A stretch of 63,782 nt of DNA, counting the filler, from Octopus bimaculoides (taxonomy: Eukaryota): the NCBI RefSeq assembly GCF_001194135.2. It is 5 parts of 4 records of this genome, joined end to end, with 100 filler letters (N's around TTAATTAATTAA, not from the genome) between each part and the next. Parts side by side here need not be neighbours in the genome. Positions count along the whole stretch, not along the records: positions 47,312 to 53,606 come from NC_068982.1; positions 53,707 to 62,652 come from NC_068982.1; positions 62,753 to 63,782 come from NW_026333026.1; 2 more parts are not named here. One strand, written 5' to 3'. The notes below the pieces were generated by a model. That model ran no database searches. It saw only the letters and a program-made list of their open reading frames with translations, and had not been told where the DNA came from. The position numbers and the translations under genes are program-made. Positions 51,126-63,782 of the stretch are shown here, piece by piece. Positions within the stretch are counted from its first letter, which is position 1. Each line of letters opens with the position of its first letter.

Positions 51126-53706
51126 ATAATCAAAATTTATACTCCCGTGTTCTACAGGCAACAATCTTGAATGGACCGGCCGCTGGTCAAGATGTTCCCA
51201 TAACTCCAATGCCCCCCCCACTCCGATACCATCTACAAGTTTAAACAGCTTCAATTTCCTATCAAACTCTCCTTTTCAATGGCAATAAAGAAGGCACAGG
51301 GCCAATCATTATATATATATATGTGCTAATGTTTGATGTTTTTACCGATGAATTTTAACTAATAATTTCGATTTCTTTTAGAATATAGAACTTCACCATA
51401 AGTAAAAAAAAAATATTCATATTTATCTGTAATTGTAAAAATATGAATTTCGAAACGCACTTTGAGCTGTTGCTAAATTTTAGAGGACGTACATGGCGAA
51501 GAATTTGAGGAGTAGCTTGGTCAAATAGTAAGCTGGTAACACTGAGTTATGTATCGCTGTTCGTTCAATAGCCACAGATGATTGTGTATGTATATGTGTG
51601 TGTGTGCGTGTCAGTATATTTCATGTGCTACCTACTAGGTAAAACTTTGACTAAAAAGGTGAATATATTGACAAATGTTACCGTGACAGCAAACATTTGT
51701 CTACAGTCCAGCTGCTTCTGTAAAGGGATAAAAGTCACCTATAAACTTGTATTATTTCTTTACGAAACAATCTCATACCCATGTTTCTCCGTATATATAT
51801 TCTTAAGGATTTGGATGTATAAGCATTTGTTACAGGTTCAAATATGTTTTTCAAAATAAATGGTTGTTGATGCAGCCTATAGTATTTCCTAAAACTGATC
51901 ACGAACGAGTCCAATATCTACAAAGTTTCAACATATTCTAACAACTCGTGACTTGAATGATATTTGTATAATTAACCTGGATGAACGTGTCCTTAGATAC
52001 AATTTACAGGCTGCCGACGAGACTGGATGGATTTATACAAGACTAGTTTGATCAATGTAATATATTCGTGTCCCGGTTGCATTTATATGTATTTGGATAT
52101 GATAATATATCAAACAGATTTTTGCCGGTTAGATTACTAAACTAAAGACTGATCCATTAATACAAGGACATATACGCGTACAAGTATAAGTGTGCGTCTG
52201 TTAATGAACCTGGTTTAAAAGTTCGCTTTTCAGCTATTTGTCCGTCGTTCCATTGCATCTTAAGGCAATATTTAGGCAAGCTTCATTTTCTACAGCTTCT
52301 GGTAGACCCATAACTTGCGAATGAAACTGAACGGAGAGAATATGTGTATGCATCTTTACAGATCTGCAATGACTATCTTAGTTGTTATTCCCCGTTGTAG
52401 ATCAGATTAAATATGTGAGATTTGAGAAATTCGGTGGAATGTTAGAGTTTTATAGTTACATGTTGCTTTCTATTTGCAGAGACAACGCATTTCTGCAATC
52501 GTTGTTTTATGTCATGTAAAGAGCTATTTCTAAGTTATATTTCTGCTCTCGTCCCGTAATTGTTTTTGAAATACATTCGGCAAATACCAAACTTTAAAAT
52601 ACCGTTGCTTATGTTAGGATCCAACGTTGCCAATTAATCTAGAAAATAAATGTGAGTACAAATAAGTGTGAGTAACAATCTTTTATTTTTACTGAAATAT
52701 CAGCCGTTCATAAATGGCCTTCTTAGGCTTGAGCAACTGAACAAATAGTAGTGTGCCTGATCCGCCCAACTTTTCTCATCTATTTGGTATCATTCTGCCG
52801 AGAAAGGTAAATTTTAGACTCAATTTCAAAACAATCCATTGTAAGCATTTTCTTGCTAGCTTTAGCTTACAAGATCTTGCATCCCATTTTTTTCTCAAGA
52901 CACATTTTTTCCATGCTAACTATAACATTTGAATCAATATTATCAATTGCTACATATCGTGATAATTAGATTTGTGGCATAAGCATACCAAATATTTTAG
53001 AGGTGAGCAGTAGTGACTGCTGATTTTTATGCGAGTGTTTCAGTACTGACTCGTTAAATTGCATGGAATATTTGCAAAAAATGTAAGGGATACTGGCAGC
53101 TTTAATTCAGAGTTATCGATACGTTAACAATCCATAAGATGACTATCTTAAATTAGAGGAAAATGTTCTTGTTCTGGGAAGATTTCGCTTCAAAATCGAG
53201 CAGCTGGCAATTTCATTTGCATTAGATAACATGTAAAGTATATGATTTATAATGTTGTCTCCGTCTGAATCGCAATATCTGAGTAGGATTTGGTGTGACT
53301 GTGTGCGTGTGTGTTATTGTATGTGTGTGTGTGTGCGTTTGTGTGTGTGTGTGTGTTTTTTTGTGTGTGTGTGTGTATGCATTTTACTGTTTGAGTTTAT
53401 GTTAAGTTATAATAAACACAACTTTTTATTAATCTGGTGGGTTGCTATATACTTTTGTAGAGTACAAATCTATTATGCTTTTATGAGATTTTTGTTCTAA
53501 TTCACTCGATGTTTCAGTTACAATAGTTTAGTTGATCGAAACTTCGGAACCACTGTTAACAACATTCTTGTACAAGAATAATAAATAAATATATAGGTAC
53601 ATATAANNNNNNNNNNNNNNNNNNNNNNNNNNNNNNNNNNNNNNNNNNNNTTAATTAATTAANNNNNNNNNNNNNNNNNNNNNNNNNNNNNNNNNNNNNN
53701 NNNNNN

Positions 53707-53880
53707 TGTTTCTTGTCCATCTCCACATATTCTACAGTTACTTGTTATGTTTCTTTTCATTATATGTTTTTGGTAATTTCTGGTGGGAAGGCTTTGATCT
53801 TGTGCAGCAATTAAAAATCCTTCAGTCTCTGCTTTGAGTCCTGAGCTTCTCAACCATTGCCGGGATTTTTCTCTGTCTAT
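53707..53880 (-). mobile_element. RLE-type non-LTR retrotransposon fragment, copy 3, running into a gap
   Basis: WLRSSGLKAETEGFLIAAQDQSLPTRNYQKHIMKRNITSNCRICGDGQET. Starts next to the tract at 53886 that reads (AAT)n on the minus strand. Confidence 0.88.
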
Positions 53881-53883
53881 TTC

Positions 53884-53885
<2 letters not shown>

Positions 53886-53944
<59 letters not shown>

Positions 53945-54030
53945 CATCATCATCATCATCATCATCATCATTATTATTATTATTATTATCATTATTGATG
54001 ATGATGATGATGATGACGATAATAATACTA

Positions 54031-54071
<41 letters not shown>

Positions 54072-54072
54072 T
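53886..54072. repeat. Compound (TTA)n-(TCA)n-(GAT)n-(TAA)n microsatellite
   Basis: Direct inspection; the strand polarity of the triplet switches internally. Confidence 0.95.
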
Positions 54073-54453
54073 TCGTGGTAGATTGAGAGAAATAATGATT
54101 TTAAAATATCAGATTATAAATAATTATACAACATGACTCAAGTGATAAATGACTTTATATCTTAATTTAGTAAATCGTGTGAAATTTATTGAATTTAATG
54201 AATAGTATCCTGTTATTATATACAGCTGGCTGTACGTGTGTCTGTCTACCAATTTGTATGGGGAAGGTGGGACGTGCGTCTGAGTGCATTCGTGTGTGTG
54301 TGTGTTTGTGTGTGTGTTATTTAAGTATATGCGTGTGAGTAACGTCTAAAAATGAATCATCGTTGATTTATGTGCGGCGGTAGTGCCAGAGACCGACCGG
54401 CAAATTATAGAACGGAAAATATGTACCTCGCTTTTATATACAGAAAAAAAATA

Positions 54454-54897
54454 TTAGGTTGTCAAGAAAGTTCTTGCGGTTTTTAACCTTTAAATTTAGA
54501 TGCGCATATCTCGACTCAAAGAAAACTTTATTAATCGAAATAAATACCATCGGAATCAACACACTTTTGCCAACGCGAAACAAGTTTATTTATGCCAGTA
54601 GCGTAAAAATCCTGCGTTCTGGTGGCGATGAAGTCGTTGAAGGCGTGTTTGGTATCGTCTTGGTTTTTGAAGCATTTCTAACGCAGGAAGTTGTCGAGAT
54701 GCTTCAAAAGGTGGTAGTCGGTAGGCGAGCGGTCTGGTGAGTATGGCAGATGAGGCAGAGTTTCGTAGCCCAATTCGTTCAACTTCTGCAGGGTCAGTTG
54801 TGCGACGTGCGGCCGAGCGTTGTCGTGGAGAAGAATTGGTCCTTTTCTATTGACCAATGTTGGCAGCTGCCGTGAGGTAGGTTTATCTGCACTCATA
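54454..54897 (-). mobile_element. Mariner 3' half with TIR
   Basis: ILLHDNARPHVAQ..LPHLPYSPDRSPTDYHLLKHLDNFL. TIR TTAGGTTGTCAAGAAAGTTCTTGCGGTTTT at 54454-54483, preceded by TA. Confidence 0.9.
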
Positions 54898-54899
54898 TT

Positions 54900-55620
54900 G
54901 TTTCAGTAATTTATTAAAACAAAAGCAAGGGTTGAACAACTGTATCATTTTTCGACAAAGTCTCCTTGTTTTTCGATGCAATTCTGTCAGCAGCCTACAA
55001 GAAGATTTTCAGCTGATCACACAAGTATTCATGCACCGCTTTCTGCGCTCCTTCGTCCGTAGCAAATCAACGACCTCGTAAAGGATGTTTAAGCGATCCA
55101 AATGGTGACAGTTGGGAGGTGCAAGATCTCCACCTAGGCAGGGCGTTCCAGCAACTCTAGGCAGGGCGTTCCAGCGACTCGAAACATAATTTTTCATTGG
55201 TTTCGACTGTGTGAACGGCCGAATGTGTGCGTGCATTGTCATGCAACAATAAGACTTGCTTTGAGAATAGGCTTCGACGTTTGGTGCGGATTTCTGGTTT
55301 CAGTTTGTTGGCTAGCATTTCATTGTAAGCCATACCGGTGACTGTAAGCCCATTTTTCAGGTAATGTTCCAGAATAGCCCCTTTTGTATCCCAATTTCCA
55401 CTCAAAAAGAAAATAACCGTTTAACATCCCTATTTTCTGCAGAAGGTTGAGTCTTGAATTTCTTTTTCGCTGACGATTCCGGCTGTTTCCACTCCATACT
55501 CTGATTTTTGGATTCTGGCTCAGAATGATGGATCTAGGTCTTATCTCCTGTGACTATTCTCTCCAAAAGCAAAAGCTCCGCCTTCATCGTTATATCGGTC
55601 AAGTAGCCGTTGACAGATCT
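54900..55620 (-). mobile_element. Second mariner subfamily, catalytic-domain fragment
   Basis: RIVTGDKT*IHHSEPESK..SMEWKQ, LLLHDNARTHSA and RGR*FATDEGAQKAVHEYL. Contains a 24-bp internal duplication at ~55134-55176. Confidence 0.85.
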
Positions 55621-55989
55621 CCAAACGATTGTATCATGCAAATACTAGTACTGTTATTTAAATGTATGTTACTATAAAGCTTGAACGTTCACACACGAAG
55701 TATTAGTAGCTCTAACGATATTCTTACTCTCATGAGGGTTGCTGTTAATCTTGGTTGACTGTGCATCAACATCTGTATGCGCACACCTGAGAATAGATAA
55801 TTGCCCATGCATCAGATTTCCATTACAAGTGTTTCCATGGGAAAGGCTATTGGTTCAGGATCCATATAATATGGCATTAGTGTTGTCTGTAGTATTACTC
55901 TCTGAAAGTAAAGGGTCGGAAAAGGTCCACAAACTTCTCATCCGACTTTCTAACAGTTCCAGAAATCTACCGCCTTGTATTAGTCCTTA

Positions 55990-56118
55990 TATATCAACAC
56001 CGAAAGGATGAAAGGAAAAGTTGACTTTGACAAGATTTGAACTCAGAGAGCAGATTCGATGAAAATATACTGGTGCATACTACTAACGCTCTAAAACTTT
56101 ACCAATTCGCCGCCTTAT
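55990..56118 (-). mobile_element. SINE family B, partial
   Basis: CCGAAAGGATGAAAGGAAAAGTTGACTTTG...GAACTCAG...CCAATTCGCCGCCTT. Confidence 0.7.
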
Positions 56119-57174
56119 TGTGCTTACTGTATCGTAATTATATGCTGTTTCAATATACAGTTCTTCTCTTTTAACTATTTATCGGTTCCACCTATATGAC
56201 TGTGATCATGCTGGGACACTGTAATCAGTGAATAGTAGATATATATTTCAGATATGACAAATATAATTTATAAACTTAACTAACGGGATGGAGTCATTCT
56301 TCTAAAGGACATAGACATTAAAGAGTTATTCTCTCATTTGTGTGTTCGTTCGTTTGAATGTAAAAGCAGTAGATGAAGTGAAGAAGAAAATGGAACTTGT
56401 ATGGGAAGAAACCAGACGAGTAATTCTATAGAAAAATTGTGTTGTTGCATTGCAGGTATGCAAAGGTGTAGCATAAATGAACATAATAACGTATAGAAAT
56501 TGAAGCAAAATTGTTTGTTAGTGTGCAGATGTCTGTACGTGAATGTGCAAGCGGGTGTTTGTGTGCTTGCGTGTTTGTGTGTAAGTTCCAGTCAGTTAAG
56601 CTTTTATCAATTGCAGGGCTGTATTTGAACTGGCTGGTTAATTTCATACTATTTGCTTTATATATCGAAAGACTATATGCATAAACACGCATTGCACAAA
56701 TACATAAGCGCACAAGCAGAAGTGCACACATACATGAATATAAATATCTTATATATAAATATGCATAAAATCTAGATAATAAAATGTGCATGAATACATA
56801 GACAAACATACATATAAATTCATCCACACACACACACTCACACTCATACACTAACACACACAAATTCACTAGAGCAGAATTGCAGAATAAAACAGGAGAT
56901 TCGGTTAAACTCTTTATCATAACATTGTGTGTGTGTGTGTGTGTACATATCTATATGCATAATACATATATATACATACATAGGTACGTACGTACATTCA
57001 TACATGCAAACATATAAGCGCACACGCATATACATGTTATTTATTATTTCCTTAAAACATGGCCTGATGTTACTAAACTCTTCTCCTCAAAAGAGACAAG
57101 TAAATATGTGAATCCTATATCAATAGTACAGGGAATGGAGCTGGTTGTAATAAAAATAATAATGATGATTTCAA

Positions 57175-57360
57175 ATTCTGACACAAAGCCAGCAATTTGG
57201 AGGAGGAGGAGGAGGAGGAGGAGGGAAGTCGATAGCATTGACCCCAGTGTTCAAATGGTATTTATTTTATCGACCCCGATATGAGGAAAGCCCAAGTCGA
57301 TCTCGGTGCAATTTGAACTCCGTCCGTCTTTTCGTTCTGATTCTGCTAGCTCACCGCCTT
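57175..57360 (-). mobile_element. SINE family B with (GGA)n expansion in the tail
   Basis: GTCGATAGCATTGACCCCAGTG...TTTATCGACCCCGA...TTGAACTC...TTCTGCTAGCTCACCGCCTT. Confidence 0.72.
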
Positions 57361-57380
57361 AATAATAATAATAATAATGA

Positions 57381-57411
<31 letters not shown>

Positions 57412-57613
57412 AAGAAGAAGAAGAAGAAGAAGAAGAAGAAGAAGANNNNNNNNNNNNNNNNNNNNNNNNNNNNNNNNNNNNNNNNNNNNNNNNNNNNNNN
57501 NNNNNNNNNNNNNNNNNNNNNNNAGAGGAGGGGAGTGGGGGTGGGGTGGGGTGGAGAGGAAGAATAAGTTGACTGCTAACCCCCAAGATTCTGAGTTCGA
57601 TTCCAGACAGTGA

Positions 57614-57658
<45 letters not shown>

Positions 57659-57672
57659 TGATAATGCGAAAG

Positions 57673-57790
57673 ACACCTGATGGAGGGTATATCAGCCGAA
57701 ACGCTGTGTTAACAACAAATAAGATGAGGATAAATATCCGTCAAATGTAAATAATGTACATAATTCCTCATTTCTTAAATTATAGAACTG
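57673..57790 (+). mobile_element. Short repeat with a degenerate hammerhead-like motif after (AAT)n
   Basis: acac-CTGATGGA-GGGTATATCAGCC-GAAACGCT-gtgt at 57673-57709. Stem I pairs but stem II appears collapsed. Confidence 0.45.
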
Positions 57791-57834
57791 TACTAATAAT
57801 GAAGCCGATCGCCCTCAAAAATTAAGTAAAATAA

Positions 57835-58018
57835 ACGGAAAAATAACCCAGAATCCTTGTCCGGTACCGGGTCGATCCCAAAATCTAATCAGTCACGAGG
57901 CCAAACATCCCTGAAAGTTTCATCTGAATCTATCCAGCGGTTCTTGAGATATCTTGTACACAGTCAACAAACACGACTGAAAACAATACCTCTGCCTTCA
58001 CTAAAGTGGAGGTAATAA
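57835..58018 (-). mobile_element. Helentron-associated non-autonomous (HINE/DINE-1-like) element fragment
   Basis: Minus strand starts TTATTACCTCCACTTTAGTGAAGGCAGAGGTATTGTTTTC (subterminal hairpin), followed by GATATCTCAAGAACCGCTGGATAGATT..GAAACTTTCAGG..GATTAGATTTTGG. This is a layout I recall for HINEs. Confidence 0.55.
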
Positions 58019-58594
58019 GGAATTGAAATAAAATGAGCTCTACATAGGGAGCTGGATGGCTGGGTTAAAATAAATAGTAAAAATTAAATACTGGAAAGTA
58101 TTTCAAATACAATAGATAAAATAGTGTTGTATGTTGGTCTACATGTTATAAAGTATTACATATACGTGTGGAAATATCTGCCTGGAACGTAATTTATGAA
58201 GAAGGAATTCGTATTTAATGTTATCGTTTTATCTCTTATCCACTAGTATTGTAATTATTACTAGAAGTTTAGTTACTATCGTATTACTTCTTCGTCTATC
58301 TTATATCTGGAATTTCTGTATACATAGAGCAAGCATCCACACATTTAGAAGTCTTCTCTGATGAGACATACCTGTCTCTTTGTATCATTGTGTTATTATG
58401 GCGAATTTTGACACCTGATCAAATGCGGGAGAGCATGTGGGGAGGGGGGGCATGTGTGTGTATGTAATTTTACCAACCGGAAACAAAATTACTTGCACTT
58501 GTAAGTTTCATCAACTTTAAACAAGCTTGAATACTCGGTCGGATATGATTTATGATACGTGCCAGTGTACAGACAGACAGACAGACAGACAGAC

Positions 58595-58661
<67 letters not shown>

Positions 58662-58669
58662 CAGATATA

Positions 58670-58970
58670 ACCTGGTACTCCGTAACGACGACGTGGGTTC
58701 CAGCTGATTCGATCAACAGAATAGGCTGCACGTGAAATTTACGTGCAAGTGACTGAGTACGCTACAGACTCGCGTTCCCTTTACTTTGTCTCAGCTTTAT
58801 CTCAGGCTGGACCGTTGAAATACGTTATTACTCTTCATTTCCAGCTGAGTGGACTGGAGTAACGTGAAATAAAGTGCCTTGCTCGAGGACACAACACATT
58901 GACAAGAACCGAACCCAAACCTTACGATCTTGAACCGAATACCTTAACCACTTAGCCACGCACCTTCACT
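58670..58970 (-). mobile_element. tRNA-headed SINE, family D
   Basis: Head complement AACCACTTAGCCACGCACCTTC and CORE-like CAGCTGAGTGGACTGGAG..AAAGTGCCTTGCTCGAGGACACAAC. The tail abuts (GACA)n(GATA)n at 58568-58665. Confidence 0.8.
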
Positions 58971-58983
58971 AGTATTGTAATTA

Positions 58984-59207
58984 TATCGGGTCACCCCATA
59001 AATAATGCGTTTTTTATTTCAATTGCATAAATTAAAAGTCGGAAGGGACTGGGATAAACTACCTGAATCAACTTGCTATAAAAGCAGGTAGTAATTTTAC
59101 CTTTTTACTTATTCTTAGTGCAAGTTTTGAAGAGTGCAGTTCAATTTTAACAGTTATTTTTTCAAAGATATAATGGAAGTGACAAAGGGGCATATTCGGC
59201 ATATTTT
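58984..59207 (+). mobile_element. Mariner 5' end (TIR, leader, first codons)
   Basis: TATCGGGTCACCCCATAAATAATGCGTTTTT TIR-like start. ATG at 59173 gives MEVTKGHIRHIL, the mariner N-terminus pattern. Truncated by (GA)n. Confidence 0.6.
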
Positions 59208-60007
59208 AGAGAGAGAGAGAGAAGGACAGAGACAGACAAACAGACAGACACATATACATACACATTTTTATGAATGTTATGTACTATGTCCATGAATGCA
59301 TGCAATATTTATATATGAGTGGATTCACACAACTTGTCTTTATAGAAAACTACTTCACTAACTAATCTACAATTCCATTATACATCATTCAATGATCCTA
59401 ATTGACTTTCAAGCAAAAGTACTTAAATTCATCTTCGATAATAGGATTTTTCTCCTTCTTATTCCTATAAGTAACAAAATTATTCTTCTAAGGTAAGGAC
59501 TGAGCAAAGAACCTAATGCAATTAAATCACGGCTTTTACGAACAGAAATCTTTGTTGTCCAAACTAATGTACGAACCAACTCCGTAAAAAATACACAAAC
59601 ACTTGCTTTTACATATAAAACTCTGAGAAAATTGAGACAAGATTTCTAGCAGTTGTACTTTACAAAATCCAAACACGCGATGCCATATCCACCACATGAA
59701 AACACAACGGCCATTTTTTCCAAATTCATTTATCGTTTGATGATTCGCAGCCTGGGATGAAATCATTAACCTCTGTGAAACATTCATCCTAACAATTTTC
59801 ACTATAAAACTTTACTCTAAAAACGTGAATCTGTTAGTAATAGAAGGACATTCAGTGAATGTAAGCTACTCAATACATCAAGTAGAGAGCATCATTAATT
59901 TATTTACTGAGATACTCTTACAAGAAGGGGGAATCAGTTTTCGTGGAAGTAGAAGGACTGGCCCTGCCACAGTCACTTATTATTAAACAAATTAACATAT
60001 ATATACG

Positions 60008-60128
<121 letters not shown>

Positions 60129-61770
60129 GCACACACACACACATGTACTTACATGTAGATAGATAGATAGATACATACATACATACATACATACATACAT
60201 ACATACATACATAATATATATGATCGCTTACAATGAATATTCATAAAATTCTGGTCTAACCTAACGCAAACAATGCAAAACAGAAATAACTCATAAGTCA
60301 TATATAAATATCAATCAAATAATGTATAAAATATACATAAACATTCACGAAATGGTGTATAAGACACACACAAGTAACAATAAACTAGTTGCGCTGTATG
60401 TAGTTGCTACCAATTTAAGAATCTACAATATAATATATTTCATGCGTGTTATTCACCGGATGTTGCATTGCAATCTCATGTCGAAGTTCTTGCATTAGGT
60501 TTTAAGATGAGAGATTTCGTTTGCGAACACATGACAAGACAATCAGATTATAAGACGACGCAACCACGAAAGATCAGTGACACTTGCTAGAATATCCTGC
60601 TTCTCATATCATTCGTTGGCCAGCGTGAGAAGCTACACAACTTGGGAATTATTTATCTGTATATCTGTGTTTTTAGTGGAGAATATTACATTAGCCAGAA
60701 CATTTCTTAGCGTAGTAGGCTTAATTAGTTAAGTTGGCCAGTCAACATCAGCGTGCTAAAATGTCATGGGATCCGTTCAAGAATTGTTATATTTAATAAA
60801 CGAATTGAAATACGAAAGCAAACATACAAATATATATCTTATGTATGTATATATGTAAGTATAGATAGATAGATAATGCGTGTGTGATTGTGGGCGTATG
60901 CATGCGAGTGTATTTGGGTATGTGTGTACTAATAGCTTCAATCTGTGTGCATGTGCATGTGCATTGCATGAATTCAAATTCAGGATTTCGTGAATCATGT
61001 CTCCCTCGCTATGTCTGAGCGAAATACATATATACATACATACATGCATATATATAATATATATATATATATATATANNNNNNNNNNNNNNNNNNNNNNN
61101 NNNNNNNNNNNNNNNNNNNNNNNNNNNNNNNNNNNNNNNNNNNNNNNNNNNNNNNNNNNNNNNNNNNNNNNNNNNNNNNNNNNNNNNNNNNNNNNNNNNN
61201 NNNNNNNNNNNNNNNNNNNNNNNNNNNNNNNNNNNNNNNNNNNNNNNNNNNNNNNNNNNNNNNNNNNNNNNNNNNNNNNNNNNNNNNNNNNNNNNNNNNN
61301 NNNNNNNNNNNNNNNNNNNNNNNNNNNNNNNNNNNNNNNNNNNNNNNNNNNNNNNNNNNNNNNNNNNNNNNNNNNNNNNNNNNNNNNNNNNNNNNNNNNN
61401 NNNNNNNNNNNNNNNNNNNNNNNNNNNNNNNNNNNNNNNNNNNNNNNNNNNNNNNNNNNNNNNNNNNNNNNNNNNNNNNNNNNNNNNNNNNNNNNNNNNN
61501 NNNNNNNNNNNNNNNNNNNNNNNNNNNNNNNNNNNNNNNNNNNNNNNNNNNNNNNNNNNNNNNNNNNNNNNNNNNNNNNNNNNNNNNNNNNNNNNNNNNN
61601 NNNNNNNNNNNNNNNNNNNNNNNNNNNNNNNNNNNNNNNNNNNNNNNNNNNNNNNNNNNNNNNNNNNNNNNNNNNNNNNNNNNNNNNNNNNNNNNNNNNN
61701 NNNNNNNNNNNNNNNNNNNNNNNNNNNNNNNNNNNNNNNNNNNNNNNNNNNNNNNNNNNNNNNNNNNNNN

Positions 61771-61813
<43 letters not shown>

Positions 61814-61827
61814 TATTTATATATACA

Positions 61828-61859
<32 letters not shown>

Positions 61860-62019
61860 CATATATATTATATACATATATATTATATACATTTAAACAA
61901 ACACACGCGCACACATATATACACTTACACATAGACACACAAACATAATATGTATATAATCACGACCATACATATTCATATATACATAACTATTTCGTTA
62001 AATCTGGCGTTAAATACGA

Positions 62020-62062
<43 letters not shown>

Positions 62063-62158
62063 NNNNNNNNNNNNNNNNNNNNNNNNNNNNNNNNNNNNNN
62101 NNNNNNNNNNNNNNNNNNNNNNNNNNNNNNNNNNNNNNNNNNNNNNNNNNNNNNNNNN

Positions 62159-62201
<43 letters not shown>

Positions 62202-62559
62202 AATATATTCGTGGGCAAACATTTACTAACAAGTTTATATCTCTGCCATTAGAAAATATATACAGAATATACACGTAGAGATGGAGAGATATAAATATGT
62301 AATCAATAAATTGAACATAATTCTTATATGTCAGTATTTTTTCTCGTTTTAGTTATTGTTGTTTTTTTTTTCTTTTGCTGGCGAATGTAAGTTGATACTA
62401 ATGTAATGATTATTAAGTGTTAACGTTTTGTCGCTAACTATACAGCTTTCTACCAACCTATTTACATTCCTACTCTTCTTTTATCATTTTCTTTCCTCAT
62501 ACAAACACACAAATAAACACACACACACACACGCGCACATGTACGAGCATATATATATC

Positions 62560-62599
<40 letters not shown>

Positions 62600-62752
62600 G
62601 GTATATATATGTGTTATATGTATGTGTTATATATATATATATATATATATATNNNNNNNNNNNNNNNNNNNNNNNNNNNNNNNNNNNNNNNNNNNNTTAA
62701 TTAATTAANNNNNNNNNNNNNNNNNNNNNNNNNNNNNNNNNNNNNNNNNNNN

Positions 62753-63060
62753 GGTGTTGTGAGTGTTTATTGAGCGAAAACACCTAAAAGCTCCACGAGG
62801 CTCCGGCAGGGGATGGTGGCGAACCCTGCTGTACTCTTTCACCACAACTTTCTCTCACTCTTACTTCCTGTTTCTGCTGTGCCTGTAATTCAAAGGGTCA
62901 GCCTTGTCACACTGTGTCACGCTGAATATCCCCGAGAACTACGTTAAGGGTACACGTGCCTGTGGAGTGCTCAGCCACTTGTACGTTAATTTCACAAGCA
63001 GGCTGCTCCGTTGATCGGATCAACTGGAACCCTCGACGTCGTAAGCGATGGAGTACCAAC
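62753..63060 (+). mobile_element. SINE family D body and tail, apparently young
   Basis: AAGGGTCAGCC..CACGCTGAAT..GTGGAGTGCTCAGCCACTTG..GATCGGATCAACTGGAACCCTCG..GGAGTACC is the reverse complement of 58670-58800 and 33690-33790. The head is probably in the gap. Confidence 0.8.
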
Positions 63061-63234
63061 ACACAATTCGGGGTGCCTTATTTCTTCTAAGTATAGAAGC
63101 AGATGTGTTACATAAGATTAATTTTGAGGATGGAGTGCCAACAAAAAACTTATTTCATCGACCCTGAAAGGATGAAAGGCAAAGTGGACCTCGGCTGAAT
63201 CTGAACTCAGAACCATTACAATTAGTAGCAACAG

Positions 63235-63430
63235 AGCAGAGATGGGTAACAAAGCTGTTCTCCTTTCCTACTGTCCAAACCTTGCTCCCTGTGATTTTGG
63301 TCGTCCCCAAGTTGAAGGAGAAGGTTAAGTAGGTTATAACAAGGGTCCAGCACACCTTCACTTTGAAAGACTTCCATGGGGTCTCCAAGTGCATTGATGT
63401 GAGAGGGTCCTACTTTCAAGGAGATTAGGG
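63235..63430 (+). mobile_element. Mariner C-terminal fragment
   Basis: YCPNLAPCDF (YSPDLAPCDF motif), then TFTLKDFHG..KCIDVRGSYFQGD*. Confidence 0.72.
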
Positions 63431-63454
63431 TTTTACGCTTCTTTCAAATTAATC

Positions 63455-63670
63455 CTTTCTACTATAGACACAAAGCCTGAAAGTTTAGGGGAGAGGATAA
63501 GTCGATTACATCGATCTCAGTGTTTCACTGCTACTTAATTTATCGACCCCTGTAAAGATGAAAGGTAAAAATCGACCTTGGCGGAATTTGAACTCAGAAC
63601 GGAGAGACGGGCGAAATACCGTTAAACATTTCGTCCAGCGCGCTAACCATTCTGCCACCTCACCACCTTA
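63455..63670 (-). mobile_element. SINE family B, full length
   Basis: Reverse complement of the 17965 consensus; ends CTAACCATTCTGCCACCTCACCACCTT. Confidence 0.88.
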
Positions 63671-63782
63671 CGTCTTGCAAATTAATAAACGTCTCTCCGG
63701 AAAAAGACTTTCGAAACTTCTGGAACACATCTCGTGTGTGTGTGTATGTGTGTGTGTGTGTGTGTGTTTGTGTGTGTGTGTG

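Noticed and set aside
50541-51254. 237-aa ORF as a repeat protein, or the array as a CRISPR
   Set aside because: The repeat unit has no stop codons on the minus strand, so the ORF is a by-product. There are no unique spacers or cas genes, and the context is eukaryotic.
57560-57620. tRNA gene
   Set aside because: Only a B-box-like GAGTTCGATTCC and partial arms are present with no full cloverleaf. It is best explained as a SINE head remnant.

Overview
This is AT-rich animal genomic DNA from a gapped draft assembly. The SINE families and microsatellite load resemble an Octopus genome (inference from recalled repeats, not a search). I could not support any host protein-coding exon, and nearly all ORFs in the track are microsatellite or N-gap artefacts. 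The window is a transposon graveyard. It holds about 30 tRNA-headed SINE copies from at least 3-4 families, six mariner fragments, a probable DD37D (maT-like) fragment and a CR1/L2-like LINE relic. It also holds 3-4 RLE-type (R4/Dong-like) non-LTR 3' fragments at (AAT)n, Penelope-like RT relics, a Helentron/HINE-like element and two inverted-repeat elements. Five observations stand out. (1) A near-perfect U6 snRNA copy is fused at its 3' U-tract to the 3' tail of a SINE (37219-37377). (2) A ~630-bp palindrome is centred on a (CCCTAA)n/(TTAGGG)n junction (31645-32272). (3) A short dispersed repeat carries a minimal hammerhead-like fold with a non-canonical core (3520, 23282, 28293). (4) RLE retrotransposon fragments are stacked at AAT repeats with similar 5' truncation points. 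(5) A GC-richer minisatellite is packed with STAT (TTCN3GAA) and kB-like motifs (50575-51125). Repeat boundaries were read by eye and are approximate.
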